A stretch of DNA of 63,362 nucleotides, filler included, from Octopus bimaculoides (Eukaryota): NCBI RefSeq assembly GCF_001194135.2. It is 4 parts of 4 records of this genome, joined end to end, with 100 filler letters (N's around TTAATTAATTAA, not from the genome) between each part and the next. Parts side by side here need not be neighbours in the genome. Positions count along the whole stretch, not along the records: positions 1 to 24,992 come from NC_068993.1; 3 more parts are not named here. The stretch is one strand, 5' to 3'. The notes below the pieces were generated by a model that made no database searches, was not told the origin of the DNA, and was given only the letters and a program-made list of their open reading frames with translations. Below, piece by piece: positions 1-12,656 of this stretch; position 1 is the stretch's first letter; the number at the start of each line of letters is the position of its first letter. Made by a program: the position numbers and the translations under genes.

Positions 1-34
<34 letters not shown>

Positions 35-796
35 CACATATATATATATAAGTTTGTTTTAAAGAATTTTAACCCATAGGCTGAGAAAGTTCGTAGATCT
101 TAATAAAACAGTAACGGGCTTCTTTTTATATAAGCAACATAAACACACTCATACATATAAAAATACACGTATAAAAACTATATGCATGTGTTTATGTATT
201 TATGTAGATATATGCACATGTATTTCGTATATATAAGTATATAGATTTTTTTATCTCATTACAGTTTTTCATATATATATATATATACATATATATATTA
301 AAATTTTTCGTTTTTATTTATTTCATTTAATTAATTGTCTAACTTATTTCAATGTCATTTAATTAATTATTCAATTTATTTAAGTTTAATTAGTTAATTA
401 ATTAATGCATGTAGCTAGTTATTTGGCCCCAACAAAGGCGAAATATGACGGTAAATAGATCAAGATATTTGTTTACTGTTTATTTTTAAATATGTTTCTT
501 AATTGAAGACACGATTGTATTCACGTTTCATCATTTTTATCAACGATTTTTCTTATTAGTTCACATACACTTGAACTCAGAAAGCTAAAATTGCTGAGAA
601 ATTTCATTTCACTCTTAGCCCTTATTCTTTTTTTTTTAATGTTTATTGTCACAGTGTTAAACCTCTCTATTATCATGATTTTAGTTAAAATATATTTCAG
701 CGACATAATAGATTCGGTGTCAAATTTCAAGTTTGTTTACCCATAGAATATGCTATAAACAAATGTAAGTTATTATTAAAAGGGACCGAGAACAGT

Positions 797-885
797 CAGG
801 GTCGATGAAATAAGTACCAGTTAAACGACTTGCCCCCTCACCTCAAAATCTGAAGCCTTGTGCCTCTGATAGAAAGGATTATTAG
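797..885 (+). mobile_element. SINE family C fragment (core + tail)
   Basis: GGGTCGATGAAATAAGTACCAG...GCCTTGTGCC matches the fuller family C copies at 25267 and 52560. Confidence 0.6.
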
Positions 886-1489
886 AATATGGTAAATTCG
901 CACACGAAAGTGGTCGTCTGAATAATGATTTTATAAAATCAAAGATTCAAGATTTTTCTCAACATAAAAGTACTTCGTACATCCCACTATCCTCCACTGA
1001 AACATTGTTCATTACTGCACACACTTCTCCATCGGTTTTCAACTGTTAGTGTTCTTTTTGTTATTACTTCATATGTATATTGTAAACACCACGCACAACG
1101 ACTTTCTCCACCAAACTCAATCAAATTATCAAGCTCTTAATCAACGGCTACCGTTCCACATCATTCACCCCTCTCAGATGCTGAACCTTCTTGTCTAGAC
1201 AGTGCTATAATCTGCCACCATTCCACAGCAAGTTAAAGGAATTAGCTCTACATGCAAGCACCAATCGTTTCCTTCGTCAAACATAGCTTGAGGTAATTTT
1301 GCAATTTTAACGATATACAAAACAAGCCTCAAGACATTCATGGCTACACTGGTCTTAAACAACGCAGCTATGACTTGAGATAATTCAACATCGATGAATT
1401 TAAGATGGATAGCGTAATAATTCTTTCGAAATGGGAAGGAATACAAAAATTTAGGTCAAGATCGATATGACACTCTAAATAGATATTTT

Positions 1490-3350
1490 CTGAATGTAGA
1501 TAAGCAAAATATAAATAGTTGAATGATCAATGCTAAGAAGTTGTAAAAGATAACAACTAACAAAAATCGAAGTGAGACTATACACAGCAAAGCACATAAG
1601 TAAACAAAGTAGTAACATTACGAACAAGAACGACAGCATACTGTTTGAATGTGAGCAGCTTGTATCCTAGATAGGGTGAAAACAAACAAATTCTACGATA
1701 TGAGAAGTGACCACCTTTGCGCAATCTCGAATTTGCTATAAAGGTAATGAAAAGTAGAAAAGGCAACTGGAGTAGATGAGATAGCAACAAAAATATTAAA
1801 ATCGTGAGATAAATACCACCTAAATTCTATAATAGATAAATGTATGTAATATATGAGAGTGGTTATATACCAACCGACATGGAACAATCTAATTTTGTTC
1901 CAGTACGTAAAATAACAAAAACTCGAAACTGACAAATAAGTTTAATCACGTGACTCATTACACTTAAGCGTTACATCAAGGATAGATAGGTAAATCAAGT
2001 GAAAAGGGGTTTTAGACCAAGAATGGGAAATCGTGAAGGACTAGTTAAATCAAACGTGGAGGAGCATTAAACATAAATTAAATCGTTTGCATTTAACTGC
2101 TACTCTATATCTAGGTATTTGACTGAGTAAAACAGGTACAGTTGATCTACTGTTTATCAAAACGCACGATATGTGTAAAAGAAATTTCCAATTAATAACT
2201 ATAATATACTGAGAGAAAATGGTGGTTGTTAAAACTGAAGTGGTAAAAACATCAAAATTTAAGATTAAGAAGGGTCTGGCAAGGGCATGTCTATTCTCGA
2301 GTCTAATTAATTTTTACGTTGGGATCTTTTGAGAAATAGAAGACAATATAAAGAAGGAGTATCGACAAAATGTATGAACATTACCAGATATGCAAAAGAC
2401 ACTGGCTCGTTAACTTCCAGTATAAATGGTAGATAGAACCTTGTCAATACAGTAAATGACAAATGAATGGTCTGCGGTGTAGAAATTAATGTACAGAAGA
2501 CCAAATCAATGCTATTCAAAAAGAAACAATGGTCACCGGCCAACAATACTACAACTTCAGGAAAATCAATATAATTAACAGCGACAGAAGTATTATTTAT
2601 GCCAAACGGTAATGTTTATCCTCACTTAAAATGGATGTTGTGTTAAAACACAGAACACCGTGATAGTTACCATGGGAGGACCTCTTATATGGTGATGCCT
2701 ATAAGCACTCTTATTTATATCGCTAGCGGGAGGTAATCAACTGCCATCACCGCTGCTGAGACTACCAGATCAAGTGATTTCGGCCTTACTTGGCTTGTCA
2801 ATAGCAGACGCCTGAAAGCTAGAAACAGCAATGATTCCACCGCTTGCGATGTACATAAAATGTCAATGCCAAATCAGGTACTGGTATCGCAAATAGCCAG
2901 TGGGGTTATTAAAAAATAAATCAACAGCGACAGAAATAATGTACCAACGATAAATGTAATTTGGAAACAGAAAATGTGAAGCAGAAATAAAAGGAATGAG
3001 GTAGCTAGAAAACCACCGTGAAAAAATCTCAAGTAACATAACATTAAGAAACAATAGTACAGTAATATCGTAAAATGTTATGAACAGTCTAGTCTGCTAA
3101 ATAAGCTTCAAGAATGTATTACCAAATAGATTACATGTCTTGGAGACATAATCATAAAGGAAACTTCAAAATATCAAAGTCGGTACGCAAAACTTGAAAT
3201 CAAGTACTAAGAATGTAAAAACAAAGAAAGAAGAGTTAATAAGTAAAAACGATTTGCAGGCACTGTGAAAAGAAAGGAAAATAAATGGGGAGAGATGGGA
3301 TAACTCGAGAGTTTAGTACATGAATGACATCAAGATTTGGACTCACTAAA
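1490..3350 (+). pseudogene. Degenerate RTE-clade LINE ORF (reverse transcriptase and flanks), many stops and frameshifts
   Basis: Manual translation gives RTE motifs in the expected order: ECR*AKYK*LNDQC; KATGVDEIATKILK; YESGYIPTD; GFRPRMGNREG; KIKKGLARACLFS (QG-box equivalent); RYAKD (2386-2400, YADD equivalent); GVEINVQKTKSM; KCEAEIK; KINGER..YMNDIKIWT. Confidence 0.85.
2590..2922 (+). mobile_element. 333-bp insertion nested in the RTE relic, 13-bp target-site duplication
   Basis: AACAGCGACAGAA occurs at 2577-2589 and 2923-2935. The insert ends in an A-rich tract and interrupts RTE homology. Confidence 0.6.
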
Positions 3351-4133
3351 ACTAAGTGAATATATAAAAGACAACATAAATAATATCTTGATGATCCTTA
3401 GTTGTGAACTTGTTGAGTGGGAATGATATAGGATATAAGGAGATTTAAAACGCGGTATGAACGATTGAACATCACGACTTATGAACACTATGCACTTCAA
3501 CACACTCAAAGCCGTACTGATGTCATCTCCTAAGCAAGACTGCTGTGGTTCAGCGGAACAACCTGCACCAGCACGAAACTCTCTAACAGCTCAACAATAT
3601 AGATTACCAAAGTATAGGTTACCAAAGGTTTACACACCCTACAACCATATTATTAAAGTACTAATTTCTTCTTTTGCACTACTCCTTGCGCTTCTACTGA
3701 CCCTACTATTAATACACCTCGTAATTCTGCCATTTTTTCTCATAGCTAATCATCTCGATCGCCTCCTTGTCTTTGTCTGTAGTTGTTCCATTGAACCCCT
3801 CTCTAACTACTTTGATAAGCTCATGTTACTCTTTGCTAGTGCTCTTCCCTCATATATGAAAAACATTAACCATATACGTGGCCGGATGATCCCCCCCTCC
3901 CCGTACGCTTTAACGGGTGCTATTTCGTTTGACTATAACCCTGGAAGGCGCAAAAGTGTACAAACGCATGCTTTTGCGTTTATGGTTGGAAATAACGACG
4001 TTTCTAGTAACTAGTGGGCCTTATACACAAAACACGTACAGATTATATCGGCAAAAGTATTTCGTCAGCACCGGTGTTAGGATTGTGTGTCTTCTAAACC
4101 CTGAAGTTTCTTCCGGCATATGAAACACAACCC

Positions 4134-4363
4134 AACATATGGCGTAGTAGTTTAGAGCGCGGGCTACTAACCCCAAGATTCCGAGTTCGATTCCAGGCAG
4201 TGACCTGAATAATAATAATAAGAAGAAGAAGAAGAAGAAGACCTTAGGAATGAGAACCCAGGTTCGAAATTTCCCTAAGACACCTGATGAAGTCTGGGGG
4301 GTATATCAGCCGAAACGTGTTAACAAAAAAGATGAGAACATATATCCGTCAAATGTAAATAAT
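4134..4363 (+). mobile_element. SINE family H: tRNA-like head + (AAT/AAG)n + hammerhead-like tail
   Basis: A-box-like TGGCGTAGTAG and B-box GTTCGATTC. A second copy lies in reverse at 52892-53099. Confidence 0.8.
4278..4322 (+). ncRNA. Degenerate minimal type I hammerhead ribozyme motif
   Basis: GACAC-CTGATGA-a-GTCTGG..TCAGCC-GAAA-CGT-GTT. Core intact, one stem II mismatch, 3-nt deletion at the cleavage site and stem I relative to the 52.9-kb copy. Confidence 0.55.
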
Positions 4364-4367
4364 GAAG

Positions 4368-4465
4368 GATTCGTTCAGTTTCTGTCTACCAAACAAGGCT
4401 TTGGTCAACCTGTAATTATAGTAGAAACACTCGCCCAAGGTGCAACGTAGTGGGATTGAACCGAA
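4368..4465 (-). mobile_element. SINE family A 5' fragment
   Basis: Reverse complement matches the family A head (GTTCAATCCCACT..CCTTGGGCGAGTGTTTCTACTATAA..GGTAGACAGAAACTGA). Confidence 0.7.
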
Positions 4466-4560
4466 AAAAAAAATATATATTCTTNNNNNNNNNNNNNNNN
4501 NNNNNNNNNNNNNNNNNNNNNNNNNNNNNNNNNNNNNNNNNNNNNNNNNNNNNNNNNNNN

Positions 4561-4631
<71 letters not shown>

Positions 4632-4722
4632 AAAAATATTCACACGTCCGTACACACGCACTTACAGTCAAATAACACACACACACACACAAGCACACAT
4701 ACACAATCATAGATGCATAGAC

Positions 4723-4753
<31 letters not shown>

Positions 4754-5765
4754 TGCGTGTACGAGTGTGTCTGCCTGTCTCTGTGCACGTGCACAATTGC
4801 GTTTCTGTACTCATAAATCTAGTTTGCATGCATATTTGTGTTTGTTGGTGTATACGTATATATTTATATATTTATAATAGCAAGTATGAACGTCTGGTTT
4901 ACAAATTCGCTTCACAATCTTGTGGTTCTGATTTCGGTCGGACAGCGCTGCACCATGAGCAAGTATCTTCTCTCTAGTTTGGTTGGCACAATTTCAATTT
5001 ACGAAATAATGCACCCTAAGTATTGCATGGATAACAGACGAGGCGTGGACATTTCCAAACAAGATTACAACATAAACTGATCCGGTAATTGCTGCTTTAT
5101 TCAGTCACTTGCATTTTGGGAGTCCAATCTGCTGACTCGGAGCCAATTAAGAATACCCAAGAACAATAGCACCAAGAATTATCAAAATTATACAACACCA
5201 CCGCAACAACCACGGCTCCTGCTACAACACCATGACTATACCACACACATGGACACTTAACCGCACCACTCGTTACCTTACAATATCTCAATACCCCACC
5301 ATCACCATCACTATTATCACCATACTACACCCAAACTAAATAAACTACCACCATCACCACCACCACTCAAGGTCTGAAGTGGGCGTCGTAACCGTTTATG
5401 AATTTTATGACAGTCGTAAATCTTGCGACATGTCTTGCAGAGTAGGGTGTCGGACGTAGTGGAGAGCACCATAAATCAATCCCAGCAGCCCGTGCGTCTA
5501 TACCCCTCCACACACACAAACACTGTTTACACAACGTCAGAATGTCATTATAGGATTTCCCTCCAGCTCTAGACTTCTCTTCGTCACTTTCTTTCTTCCT
5601 TTCTCTCTCTCTTTCTCTCTCTCTCTTTCACACACACACACACACACACACAGGCGCACATACACTCACCCCACCACAAGCTTTCTCTCTCTCTCTTTTT
5701 TTCTCACTCTCTCCTTTTCCTTTCTTTCTAAAGTTGTGTCAGACTGTATTGGCTTGCAATTGCGA

Positions 5766-5805
5766 ATGTGTGTGTATGTGTCTGCTTCTGTGTGTATGTG
5801 TCTGC

Positions 5806-5854
<49 letters not shown>

Positions 5855-5960
5855 GTATATGTCTGCCTCTGCGTGTGCGTGTCTGTCTGTCTGTGTTTAT
5901 GTGTCTACCTCTGTGTGTGTGTGTGTGTCTGTTTGTCTGTGTGTATGTCTGTCTGCCTCT

Positions 5961-6029
<69 letters not shown>

Positions 6030-6215
6030 TGCTTCTGCGTGTGTGTGTGTATGTCTTTGTGTCTGTATGTGTCTGCTTCTGTCTGTGTGTGTATCTGATT
6101 GTCTGTTTGTCTCTGAGTGTATGTCTGTCTGCCTGTGTGTGTGTGTGCGCGCGCGCGTTTCTATGCTTCTTTGTCAAGTCTGTGTACGTTGGGTTTGTGA
6201 CCATGTTATGTCTTG
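5766..6215. repeat. Compound (TG)n/(TCTG)n microsatellite
   Basis: Directly visible; source of the VC/HT-repeat ORFs. Confidence 0.95.
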
Positions 6216-6498
6216 TGTGTGTAAGAGATTTTTTTTTCTTTTTTGCTTTGACAAGGCGGTTGATGACGACAACAACAACAACAACAACAACAACACCAAT
6301 AACGTCAACAACCGTATGAGCATGACACAGCAACAGCAATGCTAAACAACAAAAACAACAATGGTTCTGACAACGACTGCCAAGTAAACAAGGTCCGCGG
6401 CCAGTATCTATGTAAGATAATTGTTATAGTTTTGTTGTTTGGTGGAAGTGGACGGTGAATCGGAGATGGCGGACAAGTGTGTGCAAGCGTATGTGTGC

Positions 6499-6532
<34 letters not shown>

Positions 6533-6826
6533 GTGTTGACACGCACAGACACACAAATAAGCATGTGTGTGTGTATGTGTATGTTTATGTGTATGCGTGC
6601 GTGTGTGTGCGTATGTGTGTGGCTGGGCCAGGTAGTTGCGCTGGTGTGACACTTTCGATTTCCTTTCAGAGAAAGTTAGTTCTCATGAACTTCTTGATCA
6701 TCGTCATCGTCATCGTCATCATCATCATCGTCGTCGTCATCGTCATCGTCATCACAGAGACTACAACGACGGCAGTGCTCGTGTACTGTTTGTTGTTGGT
6801 GGTGGTGTTGTGTAGGAGATGGCTAT

Positions 6827-6873
<47 letters not shown>

Positions 6874-7014
6874 NNNNNNNNNNNNNNNNNNNNNNNNNNN
6901 NNNNNNNNNNNNNNNNNNNNNNNNNNNNNNNNNNNNNNNNNNNNNNNNNNNNNNNNNNNNNNNNNNNNNNNNNNNNNNNNNNNNNNNNNNNNNNNNNNNN
7001 NNNNNNNNNNNNNN

Positions 7015-7069
<55 letters not shown>

Positions 7070-7560
7070 TGCCTACGTCTGTCCCCTACACATTTCCCTT
7101 TCGGTTTCCTACTCGGCATCATTTATGTGCCCTCTCGAAAGCAGTCCATAAAAGTATGTTACTGAAATTAGGACATCCTGTTGTTGAAGGGGTTTATTTT
7201 TATTTCATTTCATCTTTTTATTCTTTTTGCCAGATATCCCAAACTTAGCTTTTTGTTTTTACTCTCGGAACAAGAAGCATAGATATAAAATGTGATGGCT
7301 TATATTAGCAACTTAGTAAATTGATATGACTTCCAACAATGTATCGAAGCTTCTAATTCTAAGCTTGAAATTTAACTATTGGTCTAGAACATGCGACTGT
7401 TTAGATGCTTAAATTTCTTCAGAATAAGCAGAAGGCCTATTGTTAAATTGGGGGACAAATATGATCGATAGACTCGTCCTAGTATAGTGTTATCATTTAC
7501 TTCATCCCCTTTGCAGAGATGAATGATTAAGCTGACCCAACCAGAATAAAAGGGACAAAG

Positions 7561-7830
7561 CTATGGTCTTCAAACTTTATCGGGCTGCCACCCCTTTGGC
7601 ACTTGGACCATATTCCTAGCGCCCCGCTTTCAACTCACCACCACAAACAGAGACCATTTTTTGCAGCAAATTCAAAACAGCTGTATTTCACAAATAAAAC
7701 TGGACCTAATTAACCCATTCTTTTGTTGCTTTTACATTCACTGTCCCCTTTTGGCTACCCCATTATCGCCCCACTTTTCTTCAACGCCCCTTTCTTTGAT
7801 CTTTCCACCGCTCCTCTAAGGGAACCATTG
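7561..7830. mobile_element. Possible hAT (Charlie-like) MITE
   Basis: Left end CTATGGTCTTCAAACT and right-end reverse complement CAATGGTTCCCTT resemble CAGTGGTT-type hAT TIRs. The 8-bp flanks match only 5/8. Confidence 0.35.
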
Positions 7831-8187
7831 TCATAAAGCATTTAACTTATGCTAATTTAAAACCATACCTTCCCTACGAAATATTATACCTTACTTTAGA
7901 ATACTTTTCTAACATTAACGGTGCATTTAGTTTTACATAATTTAGTTTTACATAATTTGCAGTTAATGCACAGCACTAACAAAGTTTCTTAATTTCGGTA
8001 TCGCGCGGCACATAGAGCCTTGAGGTCCTTGCACAGTTCCCGTAGAATACGAGTTTCATTATGAAAAGAAGTCGCCAGCACCTCGTAGAAAACCTTCTGA
8101 CCTTTTGGAGAAAAGTACGCAGTGAGTAATACCACCACGATACTTCTTACAGCATAAGTCAGCCGTTTCTGAAAATGAGAAAGAGAG

Positions 8188-8220
<33 letters not shown>

Positions 8221-9184
8221 ATGAGAGAGAGAAGGAGAAAAAAATAGATTAACTTTTCTATCACTGGTACTTTACTTATCGATCCCAAAATAATGAAAAA
8301 GTAAAGTTAGCCTTGACAAAATTTTAACTCGTAGTCAAGACAACCGGATTACACGAAAACAAATGTGTCTGTTTCTATATTAAAAGAATTGGATAGCTGG
8401 AGCTCTTAGAGGATGATCATCACCATTTTGAGACTGCATATCTCGAAAGATTTTCTGAAAATGGTTCTACTGCAAAAAAGCTCCCGGCAACTTCCGTTTC
8501 TCTATACTTCAAATTTGAGCTCTGGAGAATCTAATAAAGAATTATTAGGGACAAGAGAAAAAGGAGTGATCCTAAAACTTATTCTATCAACATTGGAAAA
8601 ACTGTATCATAACACTACTTAGTAAAAGGTGACGTGCATCAAGTGCTGTGGTTCTCAAACTTTAATGGAATTACGAATCATCTCTTCTCTAAGTCCAAGT
8701 TTGACTGCAAAGCGAGGAAGTTGAGGGAGCCATTCCTGCTCAAATGAATGATCTATTTTAGATACTTTGCTACTAGACTTCACTCCAAGACTTAACGTAG
8801 CAACGATATTATTGAAAGTTTGCTTTGGTGTCATATAGTCGGCAATAATGTAGTCTTTGTTCCATTGCGGCATAAACGCAAAAGCAAGAAATGGAATTCC
8901 TGTCAGAATTGTTTCCTCTAATATACGAGATGTGTAGACATCGTTGCCATCTGTCACAGGTATGGAGACTTTATATTATTTTTTTTTTCAGTAAACCTTA
9001 CGGGTTGTTGTTTATCATCAATCAAACCGCAACACGAAACGTTAAATTTAAACATCACATGTAGCAGAGAGCATATCACGCATTATCGCAACTAAATCGT
9101 AAGAAAGTGTAAGTGAACTCGAGAAAAAGAAACGAAATTGTTCAGCTTAACAAATCTGGGACGAAAGATGATGTTATAAAACTT

Positions 9185-9744
9185 TTGGTCCAGATGGACT
9201 ATATGTAATCTGAACCTTTCCCCCCTTGTTTTTTTTTTGTTTTTTTTACGGAATCCCACGTTTTAGGCTATGGAGATTCCGATTCTGAAAAAAAATTTTC
9301 AAAAATCTCAATTTCAAAATTTCGATTCCCACCCCCCTGGTTTTTATATAGATCCACAGGGTAAACCTAACCCTAACTCTAANNNNNNNNNNNNNNNNNN
9401 NNNNNNNNNNNNNNNCCCCCCCCCCCTGGTTTTTATATAGATCCATAGGGTAAACCTAACCCTAACTCTAACTCAAACCCTAACCCTAACCCTGACCCTG
9501 ACCGTAACCCTGACCCTAACCCTAACCCTAACCCTAAACCTAACCCTAACACTAGTTTTGTGAGATTTGGCTGTTATTTCTAGCATGTAAATAGCCTGCT
9601 TGGTGGGGGCGGGGGGAATTGAAATTTTTCAAAAATTTTTTTTTAAGAATCGGAATCTCCATAGCCTAAAACGTGGGATTCCGTAAAAAAATTAATAAAT
9701 AAGGTGGGGAAAGGTTCAGATTACATATAGTCCATCTCTACCAA
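9185..9744. mobile_element. MITE with long (~130 bp) imperfect TIRs and internal (CCCTAA)n
   Basis: AGATGGACTATATGTAATCTGAACCTTTCCCC...TTTACGGAATCCCACGTTTTAGGCTATGGAGATTCCGATTCT at left is mirrored at 9646-9737. ACTT flanks both ends. Confidence 0.85.
9465..9550. repeat. Interstitial telomere-like (CCCTAA/CCCTGA)n
   Basis: About 14 imperfect hexamer units inside the MITE. Confidence 0.9.
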
Positions 9745-9931
9745 ACTTTGTAATTATGTTATATTATAATCATAAAGTGACGAATGCCATGCAAAAATAC
9801 ATAAACGACAACGTGCTGAGTACCACAGGTCACGCCTAATTTATGAAATCAAAATCGTAATCGACTACTTCTTAGCACGCCCCGGACATTGGCCATGATA
9901 ACGCCTCTTGGGTAATGCGTGAGACTATGTT

Positions 9932-10110
9932 GTCACTTGATCTGTTAGAAATAACAGCTAAGAATCTTTCAATTCACACCTTAACGTCTCTGAAAAAGAA
10001 AAAGGACATACTGTAGAATATAGTGTAGGATATTTCCATAAGAAGATGGAATGGTCATAGTTGAAATGTCTGTGAGTGTTCTAATTCATTAAGGGTAGCG
10101 ACAACCACAA
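9932..10110 (+). mobile_element. Dispersed repeat family D copy
   Basis: CTG(C/T)TAGAAATAACAGC...GGATGGTCA..G(C/T)TG(G/A)AATG motifs recur at 12.2, 12.5, 21.8-22.4 and 42.4 kb. Confidence 0.6.
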
Positions 10111-10338
10111 AAGATAATGGCCATCACTTTTATGGCTAAGTCAGAAGCGGAAAGGCAGCGCATCATCTGAGAATCTTTGGCCAAGCTTAAGGTAAAGAAC
10201 AACTAAACAGAAGCAACATCATCAACTTGAACAGTAGCAATAATCAAAAAGCTGAATTTCAGGTTGAATGAGAGACTATTCGATATCACAAGTCGTGGAT
10301 TAACTGAATCGTTTATGAGTGGAATAAAATATCTTGCC

Positions 10339-10501
10339 AGGCGGAGGAGTGGCTGTGTGATAAGTAGCTTGCTTGCGAACCACATGGTTCCGGGTTCAGT
10401 CCCACTGCATGGTATCTTGGGCAAGTGTCTTCTACTATAGCCTCGGGCCGACCAAAGCCTTGTGAGTGGATTTGGTAGACGGAAACTGAAAGAAGCCCAT
10501 C

Positions 10502-10532
<31 letters not shown>

Positions 10533-11155
10533 NNNNNNNNNNNNNNNNNNNNNNNNNNNNNNNNNNNNNNNNNNNNNNNNNNNNNNNNNNNNNNNNNNNN
10601 NNNNNNNNNNNNNNNNNNNNNNNNNNNNNNNNNNNNNNNNNNNNNNNNNNNNNNNNNNNNNNNNNNNNNNNNNNNNNNNNNNNNNNNNNNNNNNNNNNNN
10701 NNNNNNNNNNNNNNNNNNNNNNNNNNNNNNNNNNNNNNNNNNNNNNNNNNNNNNNNNNNNNNNNNNNNNNNNNNNNNNNNNNNNNNNNNNNNNNNNNNNN
10801 NNNNNNNNNNNNNNNNNNNNNNNNNNNNNNNNNNNNNNNNNNNNNNNNNNNNNNNNNNNNNNNNNNNNNNNNNNNNNNNNNNNNNNNNNNNNNNNNNNNN
10901 NNNNNNNNNNNNNNNNNNNNNNNNNNNNNNNNNNNGTATATGTTTGTGTGTCTGTGTTTGTCCCCCCAACATCGCTTAACAACCGATGCTGTTGTGTTTA
11001 CGTCCTCGTAACTTAGTGGTTCGGCAAAAGGGACCGATAGAATAAGTACTAGGCTTAAAAAGAATAAGTCCTGGGGTCAATTTGCTCGACTAGAGGCGGT
11101 GCTCCAGCATGGCCACAGTCAAATGACTGAAACAAGTAAAAGAGTAAAAGAGTAA
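10339..11155 (+). mobile_element. SINE family A, full length, internal (TA)n collapsed into an N gap
   Basis: tRNA-like head GGAGTGGCTGTGTGATAAG..GGTTCAGTCCC, body CTTGGGCAAGTG, tail GGCGGTGCTCCAGCATGGCCACAGTC...(AAAAGAGT)n. Confidence 0.92.
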
Positions 11156-12242
11156 ATATTCGTCCCGAATCTCCCTCTCTCACTTACTCACCTCTCTCTC
11201 CCTCTCCTTCTTTCTCCTTTCTCTCTCTCTCTCTCTCTCTCTCTTTCTTCCCTCCCTTTCAGGATTATACCTGTAGCCGAAAGGTCTACTCTACTCTACT
11301 CAAGCTAAAAATTGCAGTAACGATACACGTGATCGTAAAATAATCTGCTGCTTACACGTTGATGGCAGAACTGAATGTTCATCGTCGACACCGATGGAGA
11401 CTCGTCAACTATTTAGCATTATGAGATCCTAAGCAGTAACATAACTGATCTCCGAAATCATGTTAGTTCCAACACTTTGCTTACGTCTTTAAATTTCATT
11501 GATATGGGGGGTACCGTGTACTTTATCCCCCTCATTCGTAATGAAACTTTATGGAACAGTAAAGTTATTATTGAATATAATAATTAAAATGCTTCCGACT
11601 ATTACAAAGTAATTATGAATTGTAGTGTGAAACATGGTTCCGAAATGTCCATCAGACATAAAATTGCTATCGCAACATCTAATTCGCTAATTAAATTATT
11701 GCGTTTTATTAGATAATGAATTAGATTTGTAATACTTTTTATGATACTTAAAAGACTACTTCTAAATGATTATCATATTTTGGTGTCACAGAATCGAATC
11801 GGTAGACTTTGTTAAATTAATTAAACAGAGACAATTGAATCATAATTATGATACCGAAATTGTGACTGCGGTATATATTAGAGTATTTATTTTTTTATTT
11901 GTTCATTTTACTGAATTGTATTTTCAGCATAAAGTTGTAGCACTGAGCATAAGTTTATTTTACCAGGTGAAGTATATAACCTGAATAACGTCGGGGATTC
12001 ATGAATCTAAATCGCATTTGGAAATTTGTACCGATGAGAGTTAGTTCCCTTATATCGTTTCGCGTGAACCCATAAGCCATTGAGCTTAGACAGTGAATGG
12101 GTTTGATTTACTGTTAAAGTTCGTATTCTGTTATTAAAAAATTTCCCGTAGCTTTTTCTTTTCTTTTCTTTTCTGCTGCTGATAAAATAGATACCATCCA
12201 TTAATATCAGCAATATCGTCAAAGTGATGACGCCTGTATATA

Positions 12243-12420
12243 GTCACTAAACCTGCTAGAAATAACAGCTAAATATCCGTTATATCGATACCTTACTGTT
12301 TTTAAAAAAGGCTAGTACATATTGATTGGATAATGTGAATCTAAGGACATTACATCAGTAAATGAGTCGGGAAGGCCACAGTTGAAATGCTTTCCCCGTC
12401 GGTCGGCTCAATTAGAGTTG
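12243..12420 (+). mobile_element. Repeat family D copy
   Basis: ACCTGCTAGAAATAACAGCTAAAT...ACATTGGATAATGT...GGCCACAGTTGAAATGC. Confidence 0.6.
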
Positions 12421-12656
12421 TATTGCATAAGACAACATTAGCAATGCGAAGTATATACAGATCATGTTGAAAATTATAGTTACCTGGTGAAAAACAACTA
12501 AATCATAACCAGCAATGCCATCAGAGAAATAGCAGCTAAATCTCCCTCAAATTATACTTGACTACCTAAAAGAAAAGGGAAGAATGCATCGGACAGTACA
12601 TTATAATGTTCGACAGCCATTTTTTAAAATATCTATTTAAATAAAAAATTAAATGC

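Noticed and set aside
3481-4014. 177-aa hydrophobic ORF
   Set aside because: No recognisable motif or splice context. The Leu/Ser bias follows from a pyrimidine-rich strand.
4349-7248. Long ORFs rich in VC, HT, RE or SL dipeptides (also near 23.4, 26-28, 31, 37-38, 44.7, 48-51 and 53-54 kb)
   Set aside because: They are translations of dinucleotide and tetranucleotide microsatellites, open only because the repeats lack stops.
7989-8957. hAT transposase relic near a CTGTGGTTCTCAAACT motif (8646)
   Set aside because: Only vague peptide similarity (ETRILRELCKDL), no partner TIR, and inconsistent geometry.
9335-9470. Duplicated ~50 bp across a short gap (also 59360-59456)
   Set aside because: Typical unmerged contig overlap or haplotype artefact.
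9465-9550. True chromosome end
   Set aside because: The array is short, degenerate and enclosed by TIRs with normal sequence on both sides.
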